Notes: generated by a model from the sequence alone, not told the origin. Numbered from the stretch's first letter, positions 12,739 to 26,545 are shown. The stretch: 64,000 nt of DNA from Batkoa obscura (GCA_030770535.1 JASVEC010000016.1:372001-436000); one strand, 5' to 3'. Numbers and translations are program-made.

Positions 12739-13725
12739 ATGTTTAAATCAATTGGTATTTCATTATTATTGATCCAGAGTTTGACTGGTCAAACTACAAT
12801 CCAAGGCAATAATGATGAGCGCTTACCTGATGTTACAAATGATCCTAATTTAGCTGCAATGATTGCTGGGTTAAAAGAAATCAAAAACAATTACCTAGAT
12901 AAAAAACCAACCAACTTTCGTGGTTTCACAGGGTCAAATTTAAAGTCTAGTACTCCAGAAGAAGCTCAAAGAGTTTCTAGTTTTGCTGGTGCAGCTTATT
13001 GCTCTACTCATACATTAACAAGTTGGAAGTGTAATCATTGTGAAAGAATAGGAGCAGGTATCCAAGTTAAACATATTTTTGAAGACCTTTTTACAGGAGG
13101 TAGAGGTTTCTTAGCTTTAGATGAAGCTAAGAAGCAGATTATTGTATCATTTAGAGGCAGTTATAATATACAAAATTGGGTCGGCAATGCTAGGTTCTTG
13201 CAATCACAATATTTGGTTGAAAGTGGTGGTACTGATATTTATATACATACTGGATTTAAAGATGGAATAAACGCTTTACTACCAAAATTTAAAAATGAGT
13301 TTGATACTTTATTAAAAGAGCATGGTGATTTTAAGGTCATTGTTACAGGCCACTCTTTAGGTGGTGCTATGGCTACTTTAGCTTCAATTGAACTTAAAAA
13401 AGCTTTTGGTTTAAACTGGGATAGAATTGAATTGTTTACTTATGGTGAGCCAAGGGTAGGAAACCTTGCTTTTGCTGAATGGTTTAACTCTCAAACGTTA
13501 ACCGTATCTCGTGTTGTCAATGATAGAGATATTGTACCCCATGTACCCCCTCGTAACTTTGGGTATTCTCAACATCATAATGAGATATTTCTGAACGACG
13601 GTACTACGACTATTTGTAAAACCAACACTTTAGAAGATCCTAATTGTTCTTTATCTAATGAACCTTTCTTACTTATTTCCGACCACTTACTTTACTATAA
13701 TGGTATATTAGGAGGATTGTGTTAG
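12739..13725 (+). CDS. Secreted class 3 lipase, tandem paralog of 10088-11071
   Basis: Same motifs; the mature domain is nearly identical to that of the previous gene. Confidence 0.96.
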   Translation: MFKSIGISLLLIQSLTGQTTIQGNNDERLPDVTNDPNLAAMIAGLKEIKNNYLDKKPTNFRGFTGSNLKSSTPEEAQRVSSFAGAAYCSTHTLTSWKCNHCERIGAGIQVKHIFEDLFTGGRGFLALDEAKKQIIVSFRGSYNIQNWVGNARFLQSQYLVESGGTDIYIHTGFKDGINALLPKFKNEFDTLLKEHGDFKVIVTGHSLGGAMATLASIELKKAFGLNWDRIELFTYGEPRVGNLAFAEWFNSQTLTVSRVVNDRDIVPHVPPRNFGYSQHHNEIFLNDGTTTICKTNTLEDPNCSLSNEPFLLISDHLLYYNGILGGLC

Positions 13726-13787
13726 GCAAATAAACATTTTGAGATTTAAAAAAATCGTAATTTATTAAAAAGTTTTTATTATTTATT

Positions 13788-14783
13788 TTAACAGCCAGAA
13801 CCCATTTCATTTCCAAAATATTTCAAATGATCACCAGCAGATAAGAAAAATAACTGAGATACCGAACAACTTTTATCCTCAAGTTCATTTGTTTTACAGA
13901 CAGTAATTTTATCATCCCATAAATAAATTTCGTTATTGATATGATGATATAATGTCGCCCTTGCTGGATTATGCGGAACGATATCTCTTTTATTCACTAC
14001 TCTAGCAACGGTTAACGTTTGAGTATCAAACCATTCGGCGAATTCTTTACTTCCAACTCTAGGCTGTCCATAAGTGTATAACTCTATATTATCCCAACTT
14101 AAATTAAATTTGTCACGTATTTCAATAGCAGCTAAGTTAGCAATGGCTCCGCCTAATGAATGTCCAGTGACAATAAGTTTATATTCTGGATGCGCATTTA
14201 ATAATTTTTCAAGTTGGGGATTAAAAGAGTTTTGTAAAGCATGAAGAGCATCCAAAAAACCACCATGGACATGAAATTTAACTGGCGAACCTTGATTTGG
14301 AATACTATACTCTTGTTGAAATATACCAATATTACTAAGCCAATTTTGTATATTGGCTGAACCACGAAACGATATAATAATTTGCTTTTTGAGATCATCT
14401 AGTGCCAAATAACCTCTCCCTCCTTTATCAGCTTCCTCAAAGATATGTACGAGCTTGACATCACCACCTAATTTTTGACAATGGTTACATTTCCATTGAC
14501 TTAGATTCTCATGAGAACAATAAGCAGCTCCAGCAAGTAGAGTTATCCTTTTTGCTTCTTCAACGCTGGCAGCCTTTAAATTAGTGGTAACAGCAGAGCG
14601 AAAGCTTCTACTGATTGATTTATCAATAGGTTTATCTTTTAATTCCTCTAAACCTTGAACAAAATTTGATAAATATTGGTCATTTTGAGTAGTTGGTAAA
14701 TACTCAGAACCTTTTTTGCCTTGAGTATATTGACCAGCAATACATTGAAGTAATAAAAATGATAAAGTAAGAAGTTTGTACAT
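13788..14783 (-). CDS. Secreted class 3 lipase, divergent paralog
   Basis: Signal peptide, SFRGS, GHSLGG, YGQPRVG, DIVP, DH. Confidence 0.96.
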   Translation of the reverse strand: MYKLLTLSFLLLQCIAGQYTQGKKGSEYLPTTQNDQYLSNFVQGLEELKDKPIDKSISRSFRSAVTTNLKAASVEEAKRITLLAGAAYCSHENLSQWKCNHCQKLGGDVKLVHIFEEADKGGRGYLALDDLKKQIIISFRGSANIQNWLSNIGIFQQEYSIPNQGSPVKFHVHGGFLDALHALQNSFNPQLEKLLNAHPEYKLIVTGHSLGGAIANLAAIEIRDKFNLSWDNIELYTYGQPRVGSKEFAEWFDTQTLTVARVVNKRDIVPHNPARATLYHHINNEIYLWDDKITVCKTNELEDKSCSVSQLFFLSAGDHLKYFGNEMGSGC

Positions 14784-15390
14784 TTTTTCAAAAAATATAG
14801 TTTAAGTGCTAATCAGTAAATCGCTTTCTTTTATAAAGTCGCTGTTCCAATTATGAAATATATTAAAATTATTATATCGATGTTTTTAGAGTAACTTTAC
14901 TTTTTTGAGCGTTTATATTATATTTGCTTTTGATTTTTTGTAGTATATTTATAACTGTAAATACCATATTTGTATGTTATTTCATACATTTTTAATTAAC
15001 TTCTTAACCAATAACTAAAACTTTTCTATAAAATAGGATCTATAAAATGAGTGAAAAAATTAAGAATGTTTAAATAGTTTAAAACTTTATCTTAACAAGC
15101 AGCTATTTATAATTCTTAGTTTATCTGATTGTTAAATAAAAATTAACACTTTATTTCTTACATGTGGTAATAAGAGAACAAACGATGTTAAAGTACTAGG
15201 ACCAAGAAATGAAAAACTAATATTATTTTTGGTTTTTTATCTATTTTGATTTTTATAAATTAGTAAATTTAAAACAACTTAGTATTTCTAATATCAATTA
15301 TCTTTGAAAATAAAACATCTAGTTAAGGTTTCTATTTTAAAATTTCAAAACAATGAATTCAACTTATCTCTAAACTAAACACAACGATAT

Positions 15391-15489
15391 GGGGGATGTA
15401 TTTTTTCGTTTGAGAATTTTACTAAGAATTTTTCTATTCAAATAGCGCTTAAAAAATGGAAAAGTAATGGAATCAAAAAAAACATCCCC
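15391..15489 (+). mobile_element. MITE copy
   Basis: Flanks ATAT/GTAT. Confidence 0.85.
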
Positions 15490-15626
15490 GTATAGTTAAT
15501 TTGAAGCTAGAAAATTATATCAAATAACGTTTATTTGATATACTTAATAAAGAAAAGTAAGTATTTTAGTTTATTAATTATTTTACTTAAAACCAAAGAA
15601 AATTTACAGAATCAAAAGCAATATAT

Positions 15627-15725
15627 GGGGATGTGTTTTTTTGTTTGAGAATTTTACTAACAATCTTTCCACTCAAATAGCGCTTAAAAGATGGAAAAAG
15701 TAATGAAGTCAAAAAAAACATCCCT
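15627..15725 (+). mobile_element. MITE copy
   Basis: Flanks ATAT/ATAC. Confidence 0.85.
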
Positions 15726-16048
15726 ATACATTAGACTAAATTGTACTGATAATAGTATTGTGCTTAAAAATGGTAATTAGATACATGGTTAATAAATAAT
15801 GTATTTAACTGGGATCTAAATATGCAATAAAATTTTTAATAAAACATTACATCTAATATATGTCCTATAGCTTATTGTATTAAATAAATTTATCAAAATA
15901 TAACTTACTGATATATTAGATTAATGTAATCCGCTTAATCAAATAAAACATTCATATTGAAAACACGATATCAAATAGTCTTTTATATCAACTATTTATT
16001 ATAATTTAAAAAATAAGTAGAAACAAATTATCAATGAATAAACTAATA

Positions 16049-17586
16049 TCATCTTAGTTCCTCTGAAATAAGAGAATATTTTGCTAGTCTGTCATTGAGA
16101 CTAATACTTTTGTCATCCATTGCTTTTAATTTCAATTGGATTTCTGCTATCTTATCATCAAAATTTTGAATTGAAGTTTGGTAAGGGAGAATACTATTTT
16201 CTAAATTGGACTTTTCAATTTCAAGTTGATCGCTTATATCATCTAAGCTTGGAATTGGCATTGCTTTAATATTATGTTGTTTAGATTTTAATTTTGCTTC
16301 TTGAATTTCTTTTAGTTTTTGTTTAATCTTTAAAAAATATAAATTTCTTGTTATTAATTTTATAATATAATTTACCTTAGGATCTCCAATTGCTCGATTT
16401 AAATGCATCATTTCGAATTCTGTAAACTCCAAATCATCATTATCATTAAAATCCCTATAAAAATATTACTTAATTGATAATGACGAGATATTTGAATTAC
16501 ATTTCTTGGATCGCCTGACTAATTTCCTTCTTTTCTTCTTTCAACAATGCTTCTTTCATGTCCCCTTTTCGAAGTTTAATATTTGGACCTAATATAGATT
16601 CCAATTCTATAATAAAATTAGAAATTATCTAAAACTTGTAGCCATAATACCTTCTGCTCCATCCCCAAATTCATCTTCCTCTCTTACTAATCCAGATTTT
16701 AGCTCTTTGTGAATATCATTATTATCCTTAAAAGTTATAGTTTAAACAAGTTAGGCATTTAAAATATTTACCTCCTCTAAACCTATAAATTCCTTAGTTA
16801 AAAATGGGTCCTCCTCTTCTTCGTCTATAACCTCTATCCTTTTTTTTTCCCTTTGTCTCTTAGCTAATAACACTTCGTTTTGATCAGGTATAAAAGTTTC
16901 TAAAAAGATAAATAAAAGGATAATTTTAAATACTATTCAATTACCTTTAAATTCAGAGAAGTCTTCGAGTTCATTGATTCTATTTAAATTTTTAATTGCT
17001 TCGTTATTAAGTTCATTCTGTTCTTGTTTCAACTTTTCTAAGTTTTCAAGTGAGTAGCTATTTTCGACAATGTGATTATCAGCTTTGCTGTTAAAAATTA
17101 AAATTTAGCTTAATTATTTTAAAAGAGGATTTACTCTTCCAATCCCTCTAATTGACCAAAGTAAAGTTTCTTTATATTTCTACTATTTTTGCTTTTCTTT
17201 TGTTGAAATTCTGGCTCTGCTGTTTCTTCCTAATAAAATTAATAAATTTACTTGATTCAACTAGAAAATTATTTTACATCTTCAAAACTAAAAACAGTCT
17301 TCGTTTTGTCTTTTTGTCTTTTTTTTGAATCTAAAATAATTAATCAATCTTTTATTAATAAAGTTAAATTACTGCTGTCAATTTGATCAATCTTTACATT
17401 ATTGATTTCTATTGTTAAATCTTCAAATTTCTCCCTTGTGATTGCATCCTCTGCTTCTATTTCTATATCATTTTTTGACTCTTTAATTTCATTTAGTTCA
17501 CCATTAGATTCCTCTTTCTTTAGAGTATCTATGTCTACCGACTTTTTTCTTATATTCGTTCGATTTATTGCCCTTTTTTTAAACAT
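16049..17586 (-). CDS. NTR2: Ntr2/PAXBP1-like spliceosome disassembly factor, multi-exon
   Basis: Spliced pieces read MFKKR..NIRKK, VFSFED, YSLENLEKLKQEQ, FIPDQNEVLLAKRQREKKR, SGLVREEDEFGDG, EFEMMHLNRA and PIPSLDDI followed by a coiled coil, the motif order of Ntr2-family proteins. Introns include 17331-17372 and 16328-16375. Confidence 0.7.
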
Positions 17587-17751
17587 GATGCTAAAAGTAA
17601 AATTGGATAGTTTTAGATATTAAGAAAAATAAAAAAAAAGTTTTTAATTCGTTAAATACTATTTTGAAAACGTAGTTGCTTTATTTCAAATCAATTTATT
17701 TCATCTTTAGCCAAAAAATTTGTTGATTTGTCTTTAAGAGAATACGACGTA
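17587..17751. promoter_or_regulatory. Compact bidirectional promoter between the Ntr2-like and Med27 genes
   Basis: Divergent ATGs at 17586 and 17752 are only 165 bp apart. Confidence 0.6.
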
Positions 17752-19275
17752 ATGGATATAGATTTAAATAAACACCATGGTAGTGATAACGATGATGACA
17801 AAAAATCACACAATCAAGAAAATATGGATGATGATATAAAAATGGAACCTAAGCCTGTTAAGGTGATATCAGGTGCTGCTAAGCTATTAAGATTTAAACA
17901 AGTGTTTACAAAAGTAGGTTTATTTAAAAATTCGCTAATATCCAAATAATGATTTAAATTAAGTTACAACAAACACGTCAATCTTTCGCCAATTGTGTTG
18001 CAGCAGTTACGTCATTTGAAAACTCAAATAGAAATGGTAAACTTATAAACAATATTAACAAATGGCTTATTATTTGATTAGATGCTAGAGATTTAAAATT
18101 AAAAGTTAGAGAGACCAAAGCCGATTTAAAAGAGTTTAAAAAATTATGTAAACAAAATTCAGGTAAAAAATTTATATTCTAAATATATCGATTTTAATAT
18201 TATATAATAGAACTTGTTGCAGAAAGCGAGACGAATTATAACCCACATGGATCTTTATTTATCGGAATTAAGAGGAAGATGTAAGGATTCTTGCACACTT
18301 TTCACTTTGAAGTAATATTATTTTTAGACCTTCTCAAGATGAATTTTCCCAAGCTCCATTAAAAGTATATAGAGATGTAGATGAGATTCTAAAAGAAAGT
18401 GATAATAACCACTCTACATTGTAACTATATTAGTATAACTTTATATGTTTTTTTAAAGCTTTAGGGATACGACTTTAATGCACATTAAAGAAAAAGTAAA
18501 ATTGGCTAAGATCCTTGAGAAAAGCGTGAAGGAGGAAAGAAAGTATTTATTTATTTATTTATTTATTTATTTATTTGTTTGTTTATTTATTCAATTTTTA
18601 CCAGGCCACTTTCCGATTTAAATAGAATTATCGAATCATTTACTAGAAAACATCGAGACTTAGAAATCCCAGCTGGTGCTGTATTAGCTAGCGACAATAT
18701 TTCACAAACTTACCAATCCATTGATGTAAATAGTTTAAATAATTATATATATATTATAATCAAAAATTTTAGTTTACTATTATTGGAATATTAAAAGCAG
18801 TAATTTTATTAAAAGATGTTCCAGGCGTACGTCGCCAAATTTTAAAGATAACTTTCTTTAAACAATTCGAATCTGTAATCATTTTCGTATTAAATTTGTA
18901 TCATATTAATTTTTTAGGCTGGGGAAGAAAATGCTTCGGATATGCTACTGTTTCAACAAATGACTAGATTGGCTATTCACCAAGCTCCTTACCCTATTAA
19001 CGTTCCCACCACATTTTCACCAGTTTATTCGGATCCATTACCCTATTTATTTGTATGTTTTTATTTTATTTTGTCTTATGCTAGATGGTAACTGAATTAA
19101 TAATTAGGAATACCTCCGTAGCTTCTCTGACCTTTATGAGGCTCCTTGTACTGAATGCAAAAAAGTTTTGAGATTTTTTCCAGGACCCCAGCCTTCCTTT
19201 TTCCCACCCTTCGTTAGGGTTTATAATAGAGAAGATGACATCTTCCTTCCTTATCATCCTGCTTGCTGCAAATAA
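17752..19275 (+). CDS. MED27: Mediator subunit Med27, multi-exon
   Basis: The last exon (19108-19275) reads EYLRSFSDLYEAPCTECKKVL..PPFVRV..PYHPACCK*, matching the Med27 C-terminal zinc-binding signature (YxxLFxxPCxxC..PP..HxxC). Upstream exons are separated by short GT-AG introns. Confidence 0.78.
18544..18591. repeat. (TATT)n microsatellite inside a Med27 intron
   Basis: tatttatttattt... with two tgtt variant units. Confidence 0.9.
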
Positions 19276-19563
19276 TCTCCATTCTAGCCTCTAGTATTTT
19301 AGTTTGCATCAATGAAATATTTAATTTATCAAATTTTATAACTATTTTTATTTTGTAGATTATTGAAATCCTATATTTGCTAACAACAAAATTGACTATT
19401 ATAAATTATCCTATCTTCAATCTAAATGCTTGTAAACTTGCTAATTAGCTAAAAATGGTAAATGAAAAAATCTGATCCAAAATCATACATAATCCCATAA
19501 TAACAAGCCCTCAAATAGAGTAACTATTACAGAGCAGAAACAAAGTTATTCATAAAGTTTGAA

Positions 19564-21921
19564 ATGAGTGGACAAAACGTTCAAGTTCATCGCTGTCAGT
19601 TTACTGATTTAAAAAGTGGGAGTATATCAGCAATAGCTATTAACAATGAGCAAAAAAAGTTAGCTTGCGCGAGAGAAGATGGTAGTATAGAAATTTACAG
19701 TTTAGGCAAAAAGAATTATTTAGAAAAAGTAATAATTTTTTTTAAGATTTGATATAGATTAATGTCTTATTAGAGGATACCTGGACAAAGTCAACACCCC
19801 ATTACAAAATTAGAGTTTTATTTCGATGATGAATTAAGGTTAATCTCAACAACTTTAACTGGGTTAGTAGTAGAATATTCATTAAAAGAATTAAGAGTCA
19901 AAAGATACATTTATTCTGAAGGAAGCGCAGTTTGGTGCAGCAAAATATATAAAGAAAAAATGGCTATCGGATGTGAAGATGGGAGCATTAAAATTATTGA
20001 CTTGGAAAATGGGTTAGAAATAGTGAAAAGTTTTCAGATAAGATTGCGTACTAAATTTATATTTTAAAATGAACACAAGTTTATTTATTTTTAGGTAGGA
20101 TATTATCTATTGATTGGTCTAAAGATGGAAGCTTCCTGTTTGTGGGTAACGATGCTAACACAATTGAAAAAGTCGACTCAAATAACGGTAAATACCTTCT
20201 TTTTACCAATTGAAATATTATAACATTTGTAGGTAATATAATGTTAAGTATGAAGGTAGAAATAGGAATCAAATTTAAAGAAAGTTATGTTTGGTGTCTT
20301 TCAATGCTAAAGTAAAATATTGAACTTAAATAATTAATGATTAAACTAATTATTTAGTGATAATATGCTAGCAAGTGGTGATTCTAAAGGGAATGTGACA
20401 ATTTTTGAAACTGATTTTGGTACTGTTTTGAATACTTTTCGTTGTCATGAATCTGATGTATTATGCTTAACTAGTAATAAAGTAAGTAGTAGATGCTCTA
20501 ATTTAACCTCTATTAATGTTTTTAGAATGGAACAGAGCTTTATTCAGCTGGTGTGGATTCTAAGATCAATAAATTTATTTGTAATAGAACGAACGGGTTA
20601 GCTAATTGGGAAATTCAATCTTATCGTAGATTTCATGACCATGATACTAAGGCATTGGCCATATTTGAAAATGAACAATATCAGTTATTTTCAGGAGGTA
20701 AAAATGGTTCTAATTTAATACTATCATATATTTAATTTTATAGGTTTGGATATGAAATTATCATACGTTAATTTAAATAGTTTTTCATTTACAAAATATC
20801 ACTCATTTAATCATTTTTCATTCCCTGGCCCGATTCAATTAACTAAAAATGGATTAGTAGCATCAATGTACTCTGACCACATTAAAATTTGGAAATTAGG
20901 AAAAGGTATGGTTTAATTTAATGACATGTTATTTTAATTTTAATATTTGTTTACAAAGCCAATAATAGTAATACCAATAATAAAGTGGTAGGCGAAGTAT
21001 TACCACTAGAAGAAGATTATGAAGAGAAAGTTGACTTTTATGTTGAAGTAATATTATTAAATATAATTTAAGAATTTCTCATTTTTCTATAATTAGGGGT
21101 ATCATAATATATTGACTTATGCTATATCAAATAATGGTAAATATATAGCAATATCAGATGTTAGTAACATGAGATTATGTGAAATAGTTGAAGAAAACAA
21201 CCAATTAAAAATTAATAAAGTAGAAGCTTTCCCACCAAAAGCATACTTTTCACAAGTCCAAAAAGGATATTCCAGCCCAAAATTGATGATATTATCCAAT
21301 AATGAACTTATATTATGCAATTTAAAAGACGAAATATTTTTATTTAGATTAAATAATCTAAATAAATTTATTAAAATCCCAAATAAGCAAACTAATATAA
21401 CTCGTATGTTATTATCAGATAATAATAATTTATTAGTTATAGTGAATGAAGATCGAAACATAAATGTTTATGATATTAATAAGAATGAATTGATTTTTAC
21501 ACATGAGGAAACAGACCCAATTAGTTCTCTATTGTTTATAAATAATGAGCTTATCATATGTAGCCATAACTGGCAAACAAAAACAATTGATGTTAAACAA
21601 GGAGCATTATCCACTGAACAATATATTAATCCCAGCATTAGTATTGTTGGTCATAATGAACGATTAAATATACCTCAATTATCAAAATTACCTAATAACA
21701 AAGGTGTTTTAATTTATGACTCCAACAATTATTGTACGTTATCGAAAAAGGATAATCCTAAACTCACTAGATTTAACTTTGAGCCATTAACCTTTGCAGG
21801 CTTCTTCAATAACCAATTAGTTGTTGTTGAACCGATTTACAAAAATATATTCTCAAGCTTACCGCCAGCATTTAAATCTAAAGTTTATGCTGGAGATCAG
21901 AAAAAGAGAGTTAGAGTTTAA
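19564..21921 (+). CDS. UTP4: U3 snoRNA-associated WD40 protein Utp4 (cirhin), multi-exon
   Basis: N-terminus VHRCQF..SISAIA..LACAREDGSIEIY; internal LASGDSKGNVTIF..HESDVLCL and RRFHDHDTKAL; C-terminus VVEP..SLPPAFKSKVY. Confidence 0.9.
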
Positions 21922-22812
21922 ATTTAAAATAAATTTTATAGAGATAATTTTATATTTATTCTTTTTTTAATTTCGATCATTCATCAAATTTATTAAAGTA
22001 ACTATGTATCTATTACTATTTTACTTAAATTTATAATATTAGTTGAATTTCTATAAAAATATGTACAATAAACAAATATTGTTAAATTAGATCAATTCCG
22101 AACCTTACTGTTTGAATTGAAAAACAAATTCAATTCCTATAAAACATTAATATTAATATGCTCCATTTAATTATCTATAAACTAATCAAGTCATTTGATT
22201 CTAGAATATATTAATGATTAAATTCAATATCAATTTACTGATAAAAAGAGTTGTTAATTTTTTATATAGAACTATTCTTAGCCTTATACTTTTCTCAAAA
22301 TGGCAATGAGTTCTGAGATTTTGAAATGAAATTTCATCAAATTTTTTTTCCTAAATAATTGTTTAATTTGTAAAAATGAATAAAAAACTCTGCTGCATTT
22401 ATGAATTAGCATCGTCTAGAACCTAAAATAATTAATAGGACTCTTCATATCAATTCCTCATACCATTAATAATAAAATTACAAAATATCAACTGGATTAA
22501 TAAATAGATCTTAAGTATTCTATGTTTTCATTTGATAACTTCTTATTCGCTATGAAGTTAATATGGAGATACTCTTTACTTTTAGGAATAAAAATTCAGT
22601 ACTTATACCATTACAATATCCAGTTCATATGGTAATTTAGATTGTAGTATGTTAAACCTGTGTTGGTTTATATATGTTATAAGGATCTCAAATATTTTGA
22701 ATTAGTCAATATTAGTTACATTTGGTATCTAAAGCTTTTATTTTACTTTTCCAAAACTCTTGATAACTTTATACTAGTTCAAGCTATCTACCACTCTTTT
22801 AGTTCAGAACAT

Positions 22813-22909
22813 GAGGATGTTTTTTTTGATTTTATTACTTTTCCATTTTTAAGCGCTATTTAAGTAGAAAGATTGTTAGTAAAATTCTTAAACAAAAAAA
22901 TACGTCTCC
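22813..22909 (-). mobile_element. MITE copy
   Basis: Flanks ACAT/ACAT. Confidence 0.85.
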
Positions 22910-23176
22910 ACATGTTTAAATAAGATTCAGGGAAGCTTTATAATTCGATACGAAAAAGACATAATCTTAAAAAATTCAAAGAATAACTAACAATAAAACC
23001 ATTCCATTCTATAAAAAAGTAAAAGGAGATTGTAATATCAATAAAACGGCTAAAACGAAGTTTAAATTTTATAAAAAATATATATCAAAGTATAACTTAA
23101 TATAAAAAGTAAAACGACAAATAAAAGTTAAACTCTGGTATTAAATTGTAGATATATTAAATATAGAAAGATGATA

Positions 23177-24190
23177 TCAAGAAGCCAACCCAATACTTCT
23201 AAAAATCGAATTAATAAAATGAAAAAAGTAAGATCTGCAATGTTGGTGAGAAAATAAGACAAAAAACCCAGAAACAATACCAGACGAGCAAACCAAAGCA
23301 TTAACCAAAATAGCTGGACCAACATCGTAATCCGGTGCAATAGTAAGATCAAGAATAGTCAAAATAATATCTGGCATAAAACAAAGGACATAAGCAAAAG
23401 TAGCCCCAAGTAATTTAAAAGTGGTTAATGCACGCTTGAGTTTAAATTTTTCCATAGCAGAAATCGAATCAGGCTCTGGTGAAGGTATTTGTACTGATTC
23501 ACAACTTTTAGTTTCTAAATAAACGTTAGATTCTACTCGATTTTGATGATCCATTGATATAGCAATGGATGTTTTCAAGGCTCGGCGATATGCAGTAGTG
23601 ACTTTAATATAACAAAAAGTAATAATAACTAAAGATAACATTAATCGAGCTACATAAATAGCAAAGAAAGCATAATAATAAATTTGATTTTGTGGTCCTT
23701 CATTTTCATTATTCAATACTGGTAAACAAAACATATCAGTGAATGACCATTTATATATACCATAATGTACATTTCCTAATGCTAATGAGATGGAAGCTAT
23801 AACTGAAAAACATGCTAAACCATAATAAAAATAAGGATTGATTTCTTTTTGTTTACATATTTTAATGTATCTCATTAAACTTAATATTGCAACCAATTCG
23901 ACAGAAGAAGTAAGACATGCCATAGTAATAGTTTCATCTAATGGACACCACCAAATTGGTGCTGGATTCCAACTATCTTTATCCATTATAATTACACTGG
24001 TACTTGTTAATATAACTCTTAATATATTTGTAGTATATAAAACAATATCCACAACACATATTACTGCTATCAATATTAAATCACTGCTAATTAATCGAAG
24101 TCCAATACTAACTATACTTCCAACTGTTATATTTAACATTAAACCTAGTAAGGATACTATTAGTAGTGTAATTTGACCAGAAGACAGCAT
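23177..24190 (-). CDS. Rhodopsin-like (class A-like) 7TM G-protein-coupled receptor
   Basis: Seven hydrophobic segments, TM1 Asn (LMLN), TM2 Asp (VVD), Cys at the top of TM3 and in ECL2 (MFCLP), LSLMRY at the DRY position, TM5 ITFCY, long ICL3, TM6 CFMP. Confidence 0.82.
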   Translation of the reverse strand: MLSSGQITLLIVSLLGLMLNITVGSIVSIGLRLISSDLILIAVICVVDIVLYTTNILRVILTSTSVIIMDKDSWNPAPIWWCPLDETITMACLTSSVELVAILSLMRYIKICKQKEINPYFYYGLACFSVIASISLALGNVHYGIYKWSFTDMFCLPVLNNENEGPQNQIYYYAFFAIYVARLMLSLVIITFCYIKVTTAYRRALKTSIAISMDHQNRVESNVYLETKSCESVQIPSPEPDSISAMEKFKLKRALTTFKLLGATFAYVLCFMPDIILTILDLTIAPDYDVGPAILVNALVCSSGIVSGFFVLFSHQHCRSYFFHFINSIFRSIGLAS

Positions 24191-26545
24191 ATTTTATTAG
24201 ATATAAAATATTTAGTTAAAATAGAGTAAAAGGAAAAGAAAGAAAGAATTAAAATAACAATGATAGAGAATTAATTGTAACTAATAAATATGGCAACTCT
24301 TAAATAAATTTAATTAATGGTTTTAATTTGATTAATATTTACTTATCTCTAAAAGGTACCTCTATCATTTATTCATCGAATAGTAATAAACTAGTTTTTA
24401 AAAGTTAATACTCTACTGCTTGTTTGACTGTATTTTTGGTCACTTGGCTATCTAGTTTTTCATCAATAAGTTCGAACATATCATGTGAACGTTGCTATGT
24501 TGTTTATGGAGTTATTCTTCTTTGTTACTATTAAGGTGATTTTAATGTTGTATTAAATTCTTCTATAGCCACTCACATTTTATTTATTTTATTATGTTAT
24601 TATAATAAATAATTCACAAGTTAAAGTATTTAAAACAGTTAATATTAATAACAGTAATAAAAGATTGTAATAAATATATTTTTTAAACAATTAGAATTAA
24701 TTAAACGCTCATAATCTAGATTTTCTTTCAACTTAATAAATACCATATTATAATTCATTATAAAAATAAATCAACAGCTGACCTTACCAATGTTAATTAA
24801 AGAATAGATTATTTAACTGAACCCAAATTTATTTAAATGCATTATTTGATAACATTGTATTAATATTATTTCATAAACTAATAACTACACTATTTATTAT
24901 TCTTTAGTATAAAATTTAGCTGAAGGATGGATGTATTTATCATATACTATAATTTTACTATCTACAAAACTGGATATCCGTTAATAAAATACTTGAACTT
25001 TTTAAAAAAAATTCTGATCAATTTAAATTAGACTTCAAATGTATATTTTATTCATTAGAAAAATGGCTACATTGCATAAAATATTGGAGGTTTTAAGCTC
25101 TGCTAGGTACCTTAAGCTTATACCATTTTAAGATAGGAGCTGGGACCAGGTGATCTTTTTAAAATTGACTTTCAAGCCTTTAGTATTTAAACTATACATT
25201 ATTATAGATTTCTATACTATTGAAATGCTATGTCAATTATTAAATTACAAATGCACTGTTATTTTTAAAAGCTTTTAGGTAAATATGATATATAAAAGCT
25301 ATAAAACCACTGCTTTTAAAAATAGTAATTTTAGGCTGAAGTATATGTTCTAATTTTATATTACAAATGAGCCAGAAATCAACGCTTTTTTAAATAACAT
25401 GCTTGTTTCTTTAATGCAATAGGTATCTTTATTGGACACTAAACTTTGCACTATAGAACTCTGTTTTTTCAATTAATGCCTTTTACATATAAACCTTTAT
25501 TAGCTAAATAGTACTATTACAATTTTATTGTGACCTAGTTTGCAATAGTTCTAGAGTCAATTATTTATTTAGTTTTTAAGACTCAATTCTTAAATTTTAG
25601 CTTAAGTTTCCATATATTTATTCATAAATGTACAGCGATTTATGTCGCAATAGAGCTGGAGTAGTTGCAATGAAAATTTAATTTTCGCCTTTTAGCTAAC
25701 TTAGGTAGAATGCTTTTACCCATTTTGGTTTGAGTGTTTTAAATTATACAGGTTGAAGAACAAGGCAGGTAGGCTAAGTAACAATATATTTTATTACAGT
25801 TTTATAATAGACTTTTATTAAGATTTGACTTTTAGCCTTTTCTCTAGAATTCAAAATAAAAGTATCATTTTAAAAAGTAAAGTCTTCGGAACCATAAATA
25901 TTGAGATTAAAGATATAATTTTAAATCATGCATTGAAATCAAAAGCAATACCAAATTAAGAAAAACTTCTTTAATGCCCAATATTTTTTTAAAATTATAT
26001 TAATATAATGTCACCTTTGGTCCTAATCATCTGCGATATTGATTTTTGACTATTGGTGAGTGATTCAATATCACGAGTTATATGAGTTATATAATATTAG
26101 ACTTTAAATAGATTATGGGTATTTTGACCAACCTACTGGTAGAATTTTGTGACGATTTTTTAAGCCTTTGGATTCAAAGATGAACGTTCCTTTATAAAGC
26201 TAAAGGAGAAATTAGAATAAAACTCATATAAACTAATTTTACTTTTTATAATATTATTAATTTGTCCTAACCATCATATAAGATTAATTCGTCAATTTAT
26301 TAAATAGTATCATATTACCATTATTATACTAAAGCTTCCGAAATATTTCTGTCATCTACTTGAAGACCAAACGGAATATTTTCAATGTTTAACGATAGCT
26401 TTTAAATATGCATTATATAATGTATAAACTAGCAAACCTTAACGTGATATTCACAAAAACCAAACAAAGTATTTGAAATGACAAGACTAGTACAAACGAA
26501 TTAGACTTAGTTTTTTTCAAAACAACTAAATGATATTAAACATAT

